Source of the DNA: Alphaproteobacteria bacterium
GTDB taxonomy: Bacteria; Pseudomonadota; Alphaproteobacteria; JBFXJJ01
NCBI GenBank assembly: GCA_050175015.1
Contig: JBFXJJ010000014.1
Coordinates: forward strand, 1 to 64,000
Reading direction: 5' to 3'
Length of the DNA stretch: 64,000 bases
Both the position numbers and the translations under genes were made by a program. Shown one piece after another: positions 44,046-51,708 of this stretch; position 1 is the stretch's first letter, and each line of letters begins with the position of its first letter. Below the pieces are notes generated by a model that made no database searches, was not told the origin of the DNA, and saw nothing but the letters and a program-made list of their open reading frames with translations.

Positions 44046-44228
44046 ATGGAAAATATGGCATATATTTTGGGTGGAAATTTTATTGTATTCCTTCTTTAGG
44101 GGTGAGTTGAGTTTTACTTTGTCTTAATTAATCGAATAACAAAAACTAAAAGATGGGTAAGAGTATTTCATATTTTATTCTTGTCGATGTTTTTTATAAT
44201 AACAACGTGGTTTTTTAAGGGTTTCTAG
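44046..44228 (+). pseudogene. Possible decayed fourth small membrane peptide
   Basis: One frame reads MENMAYILGGNFIVFLL*G*VEFYFVLINRITKTKRWVRVFHILFLSMFFIITTWFFKGF*: a hydrophobic-basic-hydrophobic layout with two internal stops; lacks KLPS and GC. Confidence 0.3.
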
Positions 44229-44314
44229 TAATTATTACTTTGAAGCATATTGATTTTTTTGCAGATACTTTCTTAGTATAATCTGTAATGTTTTTTTAAG
44301 AGGTTTGATAAATT

Positions 44315-45640
44315 TTGGTGTATAACACAACTAGTTGTTGTCCGGTTTGTTTAGAAATTTTGCCTGCGGTAAAAAAAGTTGAGGGCAATTTAGTATATTT
44401 AGAAAGGAATTGTCCTAAACACGGTTTTTTCAAGACATTAGTCAGTAAAGATGCCGAGCGCTTTTTTGATAAGAGATTTATTTCTGCGGGAAAAGAGCGT
44501 TATGAAAATCAAACCGAAGTTGCCAAAGGTTGCCCGTATGATTGCGGACTTTGTCCTGAACATAAACAGCATTTATGTTCGGCATTGATTGAGATTACTG
44601 ACAAGTGCAATCTTTCTTGTCCCGTTTGCTATTTTGGAGAATGCGGTGGTTCGGATATTTCTCTTGCAGAGTTTAAAAAAAGGCTGGCAACAGTTATGCG
44701 AACAGAAAATGGCAAGCTTGATGTTTTACAGGTATCTGGTGGTGAACCAACGCTGCACCCGCTTTTTGAAGAAATTATAAGTGAGGCTTGCCTTGAGAAC
44801 ATTGGGCGTGTTGTTATTAACACCAATGGCATTAAACTGCTTGAAGATGACAAATTGTTTGAAGTAATAAAAAAGAATAAAGAGCGGCTGGAAATTTATT
44901 TGCAGTTTGATGGTTTTAACGAAACCGCCAACCTAAAACTTAGAGGTTTAGATTTATCTGAGGTGAAAACAAAAGTGATTGCAAAGCTTGATAGTGAAGA
45001 TATTAGAATGAGTTTTGCGGTAACTGTTATTGAAGACAACCTTTCGGAGCTAAAAAAAATTCTAGATTTGGCTTGTAAAACTAAAAATGTAACGGGCATA
45101 ACTTTTCAAAGATTAACCAAATCAGGCAAGGGGACATCTTTGTCAGAAGAAAAGGCGCTGGTTCAAGAGGATTTGCTTGTTGCCATAAGTGATAGCGGCT
45201 ATTTAAAATATCAAGATATTGTTCCGCTTCCTTGTTCTCACGAAAACTGTACCTCAATTAGTTTTTTGTTTGTAACTAAAGACAAAATTTATTCATTAGC
45301 AGATTTCATTAATTATGAAAAACATCAAAATATAATTAAAGATAAAATAGGTTTTGAAGCTTCAATTTTGGATTATATTAAAGAAGAATTTGGCTGTGCC
45401 TGCTGCTCTAGTTTTATGACCAAAGCTTTGCCCGTTGTTCAAAAATTTAGAGAATTTGCCGCAGGTAGAAAAGCTGTTAATCATAATATGAAAATTCTTA
45501 GGATACTGGTTAAAAATTTTATGGACTCTTCTACCTTTGATACCGAGAGAGCTAAAAAATGCTGCATTGGTGTTGCTACTGGAGATAATAAAATTATTCC
45601 TTTTTGCGTTAATAATATTTTTAAAAACAAGAGTTGCTAA
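44315..45640 (+). CDS. Radical SAM enzyme of the Tes/GDGT-MAS (MJ0619) family
   Basis: N-terminal CPVC...CPKHG, GCPYDCGLCPEH, radical SAM CNLSCPVC, SGGEPT, NTNG, YLQFDG, PLPC, and C-terminal FMD...KCCI...PFC. Confidence 0.85.
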   Translation: MVYNTTSCCPVCLEILPAVKKVEGNLVYLERNCPKHGFFKTLVSKDAERFFDKRFISAGKERYENQTEVAKGCPYDCGLCPEHKQHLCSALIEITDKCNLSCPVCYFGECGGSDISLAEFKKRLATVMRTENGKLDVLQVSGGEPTLHPLFEEIISEACLENIGRVVINTNGIKLLEDDKLFEVIKKNKERLEIYLQFDGFNETANLKLRGLDLSEVKTKVIAKLDSEDIRMSFAVTVIEDNLSELKKILDLACKTKNVTGITFQRLTKSGKGTSLSEEKALVQEDLLVAISDSGYLKYQDIVPLPCSHENCTSISFLFVTKDKIYSLADFINYEKHQNIIKDKIGFEASILDYIKEEFGCACCSSFMTKALPVVQKFREFAAGRKAVNHNMKILRILVKNFMDSSTFDTERAKKCCIGVATGDNKIIPFCVNNIFKNKSC

Positions 45641-46336
45641 ATGATTGATGAACATTATCCTTTAAATTCGGGGATTTACAGTCTGGCTGTTTTAACGAGC
45701 TTTTTGGTTGGATTGTTTATATTAAAACAAAGCAAAGAAGAAGCTTTAAGCATTGTTAAAGTTAAATATGTTTTGCCTGTATTTTTGGTTGGAGCAATTA
45801 TTGGGGCAAAAATTCCTGTAATTCTTAGCTATGGTTGGCATAAGGAATTTTTTTTAACAGGGAAAAGTTATTATGGAGCTTTGATTGGCGCATTTATCGC
45901 AATTAATATTTATAAATATGTATATAAAATTAAAGAGCATTTCGGCGGAAGACTAGTTGTTCCGCTGGCGGTTGGTGCTGGAATTGGTAAAATAGGCTGC
46001 TTTTTTTATGGCTGTTGCAGTGGCACTGAAACGGATTTCTTTATAAAGATACAAAACGTCCATGGGCAGTATGTCCACCCTGTGCAGTTGTATGAAAGTT
46101 TTTTTGAGTTTCTTATGGCGGCGGTCTTTTATTGTTACTATAGAAAAAAGGCAAAAATGCCTCCAGAAGCGTTTTTAATGTATCTGCTTTCTTATATGAT
46201 TTTTAGGTTTTTAATAGAATTTATTAGAATTGAACCCAAAGTCTATTTAGGATTAAGTGTTTACCAGTTAATGTCGATTGTATTCGTCCCTGTTTTTATG
46301 TTTGAACTTTTTAGGAGATTGCGAAATGCCAAGTGA
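45641..46336 (+). CDS. Divergent prolipoprotein diacylglyceryl transferase (Lgt) family protein
   Basis: GKSYYGALIG, IGKIGCFFYGCCSG (cf. LGRxGNFxNGE), HPVQLYE, RFLIEFIR; about 7 TMs; starts immediately after the radical SAM stop (TAAATG). Confidence 0.85.
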   Translation: MIDEHYPLNSGIYSLAVLTSFLVGLFILKQSKEEALSIVKVKYVLPVFLVGAIIGAKIPVILSYGWHKEFFLTGKSYYGALIGAFIAINIYKYVYKIKEHFGGRLVVPLAVGAGIGKIGCFFYGCCSGTETDFFIKIQNVHGQYVHPVQLYESFFEFLMAAVFYCYYRKKAKMPPEAFLMYLLSYMIFRFLIEFIRIEPKVYLGLSVYQLMSIVFVPVFMFELFRRLRNAK

Positions 46337-47321
46337 TTTTATCAGTGAGTTGTATTCCAGAATAGAGATGAAAACTGAATTCCCGCTTTTGTTTTTATCC
46401 GCTTGGGGAATTATGGCGTTAACCGCTGCCGCTATAGCTTTTAGTGTTGCATATAAATTTATGGAATATGGTTCAAAATCAAAAGAAGTTGTTAAACATA
46501 AAAAACATATTGTCGAAACGTTTTCGATGACGGTTTTAGTTGTGGTTATTTTTAATGTTTTGGTCGCTAATTTTGGTTCATTCAAACTAGATTATATTAC
46601 CGCTTTAATGGCATTAATATGGGGCGCACTTTGGGTTTTTATTGCAACGTGGCTTCATATCTGGTCAAAAAAAGAAATTGGTTTGTTCTGGTCTAATCAA
46701 ATAGAAATTACAAAGGGGCATAAAATTGTTACAAGAGGTCCTTATGCCTTAGTTCGGCACCCAATGTATTCATCTATGATAATATGGCTTTTGGCGGTTT
46801 CTTTGATGTTTGCTAATTATATCGGGTTAGCTTTAAGCCTGATTATTTTTACACCAATAATGATATGGAGAGCAAAATCAGAAGATAAACTTTTGCAAGA
46901 TTTAGATAAAACAAGTTTTGTTACATTTTCTGAAAAAACCAATATCCTTGTTCCTCATCTCGGACGAAAACTATCTCTTATTATTAGAATTATCGGAATT
47001 GGCTTGCTAGGGTATTCGGTGGTTTTAAATCAGATGACTTTTGAACGTTTGGTCTTCTTATTTATAATGTTTATAACAATAAGCCTTACGTCTAACTTAG
47101 CTAAAGTTAGATTTTCATATTTTAATAAGTCTTTGTTTTTATTTGTTATTTATGCAGCAGCTTTGGCTGTTCCTAAATTTTATTTCTTGTATTATGTAAT
47201 TCTGGCTTTCAATATCTGGGGCTTAAAATTTAATTGCCCCTGTATGGCAGTTTATGAAAAATATAATGGCTGCCCTTGTTTTAGATGGTTAAAAACAACG
47301 TGCCGCTTAAAGAATAAATAA
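46326..47321 (+). CDS. Isoprenylcysteine carboxyl methyltransferase (ICMT)/PEMT family membrane protein with an extra C-terminal TM and Cys-rich extension
   Basis: IGLFWS, HKIVTRGPYALVRHPMYS, RAKSED.LL; start taken at ATG 46326, overlapping the Lgt-like stop; tail CPC-x9-CPC-x7-C. Confidence 0.82.
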   Translation: MPSDFISELYSRIEMKTEFPLLFLSAWGIMALTAAAIAFSVAYKFMEYGSKSKEVVKHKKHIVETFSMTVLVVVIFNVLVANFGSFKLDYITALMALIWGALWVFIATWLHIWSKKEIGLFWSNQIEITKGHKIVTRGPYALVRHPMYSSMIIWLLAVSLMFANYIGLALSLIIFTPIMIWRAKSEDKLLQDLDKTSFVTFSEKTNILVPHLGRKLSLIIRIIGIGLLGYSVVLNQMTFERLVFLFIMFITISLTSNLAKVRFSYFNKSLFLFVIYAAALAVPKFYFLYYVILAFNIWGLKFNCPCMAVYEKYNGCPCFRWLKTTCRLKNK

Positions 47322-47376
47322 AAAATATTAATCTGTAAATTTATGATTTCTCTGTGATAATAAAATAGGAATTAAG

Positions 47377-49119
47377 GTGCGTAAGTTTTTATTAAAATGG
47401 TTTTCGAAAGATAAAAAAGGGTTTGATTTAATATCATTAAATCTTAAAAATATTTTTTTGCTTATTAGTTTTTCCATTTATATCGTATTGATTTTTTTGG
47501 GTATTGTAAAATTTACCAAGTACACGTTTTTGTTAAACATACCTATTTTTATTATAGGCTATAATTTTATCTCTTTTTTGGCGTTTATTGCGAGTTTGTT
47601 TCAAAGAAATTTGTTAGAAACAGTTATGAAAGGAACTCCCAAGCAAGTAGAAAAAGCAGCAGCTAAGCTTAAGGATATTAATTTCAGGTTCGATGAAACC
47701 TGTAACTTTGCTTTTGATATGGAATGGAAAACGGTTATAGGAAATACTCCTTTAATAATTGCGACAGCTGTTAATGATAACCTAGAAGTTATAAAAACGC
47801 TGATTAGACTTGGAGCGGATATAAATGCTAAAAATAACTGTAACGAAAATCTTTTACACCCTGCCGCAGCAAATAAAAACCCCGAAGTATTAAAAATGGT
47901 CCTAACTATGGGGTTTGATGTTAACGAGACTAATTCATATGGTTGTCCGCCATTATTTCTTGCGTCAGGCAATGTTGCTAATTTGAAAATATTGCTAGAT
48001 AAAGGCGCTAATATTAATGTCAAAGACAAAAATGGGCTTGGCGTATTACATTTCGCCGCAGATAGAATAAATCCTGACGTAAGTACATTTAATTTGTTAT
48101 TTAATAAGGGCAGTTTGCGAGGTTGTTTAGAAAGTGTAAAACTGCTTATAGCTAAAGGGGCATATGTTAATGTCAAAGACAAAGATGGATTAACACCTTT
48201 AATGATTGCGGCAAGTAATAACAATAAAGAAATTGTTAAGGCTCTTATCGATGCTGGGGCTGATATTTCTGCAACAGATAATAAAGGGCGTAATGCTCTT
48301 TTTATTGCTCAGCAAGATAACAGTCGCAATGTTATAAAAATTTTAGTTAAAGCAGGTCTTAAATCTGATGCTAAAGATATAGAAGGCAAAACCGTAGAAG
48401 AATATGTTTATCCAAAAGAAGAAACAGGCAAGATTTATCGCAGTTTTGTAATATTGGGCGTTGGTTATATAACCTTGCTCCAATTAATTCTTTTTTGGCA
48501 AAAAAATCCCAATGCAATAGCGACAATTCCAATGACTCTTGCATTGATTGTGATAGGTAAAACGTTTTTTAAGGACAGACCTGCCAAGAGAGAGAAGAAG
48601 TTTTGGTCAACAGAACACCATTTAATAAGAAATAATATCCATCTTTATTGTATATTAGTTGCTATTATTGCATACGGTATTCTTAATTTTTATTATGTTG
48701 GTTCCTATAGCTGTATTAATATAACAGAAATTTTTCAAAAAATATGGCTTTTCAGCTATGATAAACAGCATATTTTTATAAAGCATTTTTCTTTGGATAT
48801 TAACGTTTATTTTAATTTGTTATATGCTGTAATAGCCGCAGGAATACTATCTCTAAATCTGGTTAATCCGATATATGAAAAAAGTGTTTTTAATGAGGAA
48901 AGTCTTTTGCGAAAAGTTTATCTTTTAGGCTCTTCAGTTCTTGTGTTTTTTATGGGTTGGATTTTTATTTCTGTTTCAGCGCCTAAAAAAGAGGTGTTTA
49001 CATTCTCTGGTTCTTTTTTCCTTATTTTTGTTGCTTTTGTGAGCTTTTTTTCTACTCTTTTAAATATATTTGTTGCCATAAAAGATAAAGGCAAGAGAGT
49101 AGAATCTCTTGAAAGATAA
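47377..49119 (+). CDS. Ankyrin-repeat integral membrane protein
   Basis: 2 N-terminal TMs, about 6-7 ankyrin repeats (GNTPLIIA, GADINAKN, GLTPLMIAA, GRNALFIA), about 6 C-terminal TMs. Confidence 0.85.
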   Translation: MRKFLLKWFSKDKKGFDLISLNLKNIFLLISFSIYIVLIFLGIVKFTKYTFLLNIPIFIIGYNFISFLAFIASLFQRNLLETVMKGTPKQVEKAAAKLKDINFRFDETCNFAFDMEWKTVIGNTPLIIATAVNDNLEVIKTLIRLGADINAKNNCNENLLHPAAANKNPEVLKMVLTMGFDVNETNSYGCPPLFLASGNVANLKILLDKGANINVKDKNGLGVLHFAADRINPDVSTFNLLFNKGSLRGCLESVKLLIAKGAYVNVKDKDGLTPLMIAASNNNKEIVKALIDAGADISATDNKGRNALFIAQQDNSRNVIKILVKAGLKSDAKDIEGKTVEEYVYPKEETGKIYRSFVILGVGYITLLQLILFWQKNPNAIATIPMTLALIVIGKTFFKDRPAKREKKFWSTEHHLIRNNIHLYCILVAIIAYGILNFYYVGSYSCINITEIFQKIWLFSYDKQHIFIKHFSLDINVYFNLLYAVIAAGILSLNLVNPIYEKSVFNEESLLRKVYLLGSSVLVFFMGWIFISVSAPKKEVFTFSGSFFLIFVAFVSFFSTLLNIFVAIKDKGKRVESLER

Positions 49120-49204
49120 AAACTCGTGGTATTTTTATAAAAAAAGCTTTTCATAAAAAGTAAAAAAATATAAGGTCTATTTTTTATTTATGGGAGCAAT
49201 AAAA

Positions 49205-50077
49205 ATGAAGAAAATATCCCTTGCTCGTGAAAATATTTCGCCACGCAGGCTCGTTTTGACTGTGCTGGGAACGGTTGCTTGCCTTGCTTTTTTCTGGTGG
49301 TTTTTCTTTATGCGTGGTTTAGAGAAAACTGACAATGCATATCTTAAGACTAATATTACCGTGCTAAGCCCTAAGATAACGGGATATGTTGCCAAAGTTC
49401 TAGTAGAAGATAATCAAAAGGTTGCAGAAGGCGATGTCGTTGTTATTATCGACAGCCGTGATTTTGAAGCTAAAGTCTCTCAAGCCGATGCTAGTTTGCT
49501 GGTTGCAGATGCAGAATTAGAGCGAATAGAAAAAGATTTAAAAAGAACAGAGAATTTAGTTGCTAAAGGCAATGCATCAGAACAATCTCTTGATAGTATT
49601 AGAGCAGAATATAAGATTGCTTTAGGGCAAGTTCAAACGGCTAAGGCAGATTTAGAGCTAGCTAAGATTGATTTGGAAAACACAATAATAAAAGCTCCAA
49701 GGTCGGGATATATTGGTAATAAAGGCGTTAGAGAAGGGCAGCTTGTTAAGGCTGGAACCGCTCTTGCTAGTCTGGTTCCCGATAATGAAATTTGGGTAGA
49801 AGCTAATTTTAAAGAAACTCAAATTGAAGATATTAAAGAAGGGCAGAAGGTCAAAATTGAAGTTGATGCTTATCCTAGTGATGATTTTGAAGGCATAGTT
49901 GAAAGCCTTGCACCTGCTAGCGGCTCAGAGTTTAGTATTCTTCCTCCAGAAAATGCTACGGGCAATTTTACAAAAATAGTTAGAAGAATACCTGTTAGAA
50001 TTAAATTTAAGCAAGGTGAAGATGTCTCTAAATTAAAAGCTGGTATGTCTGTCTTTACAACGGTTTTTGTTAAATGA
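49205..50077 (+). CDS. emrA: EmrA/HlyD-family membrane fusion protein
   Basis: TDNAY, IKAP..G, WVEANFKETQ, ILPPENATGNFTKIVRRIPV; start taken at MKKIS (49205). Confidence 0.88.
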   Translation: MKKISLARENISPRRLVLTVLGTVACLAFFWWFFFMRGLEKTDNAYLKTNITVLSPKITGYVAKVLVEDNQKVAEGDVVVIIDSRDFEAKVSQADASLLVADAELERIEKDLKRTENLVAKGNASEQSLDSIRAEYKIALGQVQTAKADLELAKIDLENTIIKAPRSGYIGNKGVREGQLVKAGTALASLVPDNEIWVEANFKETQIEDIKEGQKVKIEVDAYPSDDFEGIVESLAPASGSEFSILPPENATGNFTKIVRRIPVRIKFKQGEDVSKLKAGMSVFTTVFVK

Positions 50078-51645
50078 GTCATCACAAGGTTTTTTCTACG
50101 GATAACTATATTCCAACTACAGCCGATTGGATTGGTTTTGTGGGAATGGTTGTTGGTATGTTTATGGCTATTCTTGATATTCAAATTGTTGCAAGTTCTA
50201 TTAATGAGATTCAAGCAGGACTTTCTGCAACTCCAGATGAGGCGACTTGGATACAAACATCATATTTAATTGCTGAAGTTATAATGATTCCATTGTCCGG
50301 CTGGCTGGCGAGAGCTTTTTCAACAAGATATCTGTTTTTGTTATCGTGCGGCGGTTTTACTATTATGAGCATAGCCTGTGCTTTTGCCTGGAATTTAGAT
50401 TCTATGATTTTGTTTAGAGCTTTGCAGGGCTTTTTTGGCGGAGCTATGATCCCGACCGTTTTTTCTGTTATTTATGGCTTTTTCCCAAGGAGACTAAAGC
50501 CTGCTCTTTCGGCAATAGTAGGTTTGGTTGTTACGTTGGCGCCCTCAACAGGGCCTGTAATAGGTGGTTGGATTACAGACAATATTTCATGGCACGCTTT
50601 GTTTACAATTAATATTATTCCTGGAATTTTGGTTTGCTTTACAACGTTGTTCTATGCCAAGTTTGATGAACCAGATTGGTCTTTAATCAAGAAAATTGAT
50701 ATTTGGGGTATAATATATGTCGGAGTTTTTCTTGGCTGTCTTCAATATGTTTTGGAAGAGGGGACAAGAAATGACTGGTTTAACAGCCGTAAAATTATAA
50801 TGTTTTCTTCAGTTTCTGCTCTAGGCGCTTTTTTGTTTCTTGTTCACGAACTTAGTTGTAAGCATCCGATTATCGACTTGTTTGCGTTTAAGGATAGAAA
50901 TTTTGCAGCAGGCTGCTTGTTTAGTTTTATTCTTGGCTGGGGGCTTTATAATGTGGTGTTTTTAACTCCAGTTTATTTATCTCAGGTCAAAGGTTTAAAC
51001 AGCCAGCAGATAGGATTTTATGTTGCTGTTATGGGTATGTTTCAGTTTTTGATGGCTCCTGTTTCTGCTGGGCTTTCAAAAAAAGCTGATTTAAGAAAAA
51101 TGTCGGCGTTTGGTATGGCTGTATTCGGCATAGGCTGCATTATGAATTCAAGGCTGTCTTATGATTCTGGTTACTGGGAATTTTTCTTTCCTCAGATGGT
51201 GAGGGGGGTAGGCGTAATGTTTGCGATAATTCCAGTTAATCTTATTGCTATGGGAACTCTTCCACCTCAAGAAGTTAAAAATGCTAGTGGTCTTTATAAT
51301 CTGACACGCAATTTAGGTGGAGCTATTGGATTGGCAGTGACAGGAACGTTTCTACAGGATTGGCCTAAGTCGCATTATGCTGTTTTAAGGGAGCATATTA
51401 CCGATACATCAGTAAAAGCTTTGTCTCTTATTGAAAATTTTTCTGACTATCTCTCGAGTTTAAATGTTGTTAAGCCTGATGATGCTATAATTAAGATACT
51501 TTATGGCATAGCACAAAGAGAGGCATCAATTATGACTTTTAATGATATTTTCTATGTTATGGGCTTAATGTTTATTCTATCTCTTATTGCTCTTCCTCTT
51601 ATAACAGTTATTAATCCAACCAAAGAAGCGGCTGAGGTTCATTAG
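50074..51645 (+). CDS. emrB: DHA2-family MFS efflux permease (EmrB-like)
   Basis: MAILDIQIV, WIQTSYL, RALQG, GP..GGW, ASGLYNLTRNLGG; ATGA overlap with emrA. Confidence 0.9.
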   Translation: MSHHKVFSTDNYIPTTADWIGFVGMVVGMFMAILDIQIVASSINEIQAGLSATPDEATWIQTSYLIAEVIMIPLSGWLARAFSTRYLFLLSCGGFTIMSIACAFAWNLDSMILFRALQGFFGGAMIPTVFSVIYGFFPRRLKPALSAIVGLVVTLAPSTGPVIGGWITDNISWHALFTINIIPGILVCFTTLFYAKFDEPDWSLIKKIDIWGIIYVGVFLGCLQYVLEEGTRNDWFNSRKIIMFSSVSALGAFLFLVHELSCKHPIIDLFAFKDRNFAAGCLFSFILGWGLYNVVFLTPVYLSQVKGLNSQQIGFYVAVMGMFQFLMAPVSAGLSKKADLRKMSAFGMAVFGIGCIMNSRLSYDSGYWEFFFPQMVRGVGVMFAIIPVNLIAMGTLPPQEVKNASGLYNLTRNLGGAIGLAVTGTFLQDWPKSHYAVLREHITDTSVKALSLIENFSDYLSSLNVVKPDDAIIKILYGIAQREASIMTFNDIFYVMGLMFILSLIALPLITVINPTKEAAEVH

Positions 51646-51708
51646 AGCATTCAGTTTTAATAAAAACCAGATATCCATTATTACAAAAAATGATGCTATA
51701 AAACTTTT

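Noticed and set aside
44315-45640. MoaA, methanopterin methyltransferase or SPASM peptide maturase annotation
   Set aside because: It lacks MoaA C-terminal GG and SPASM Cys spacing. The Cys layout fits the MJ0619/Tes family, whose older pterin-methyltransferase label has been superseded.
47601-48224. 207-aa antisense ORF, and similar shadow ORFs (1793-2209, 13298-13777, 31548-31973, 33934-34269, 49870-50256 and others)
   Set aside because: They lie fully opposite or within well-supported genes and have Ser/Leu/Ile-rich mirror composition with no motifs.
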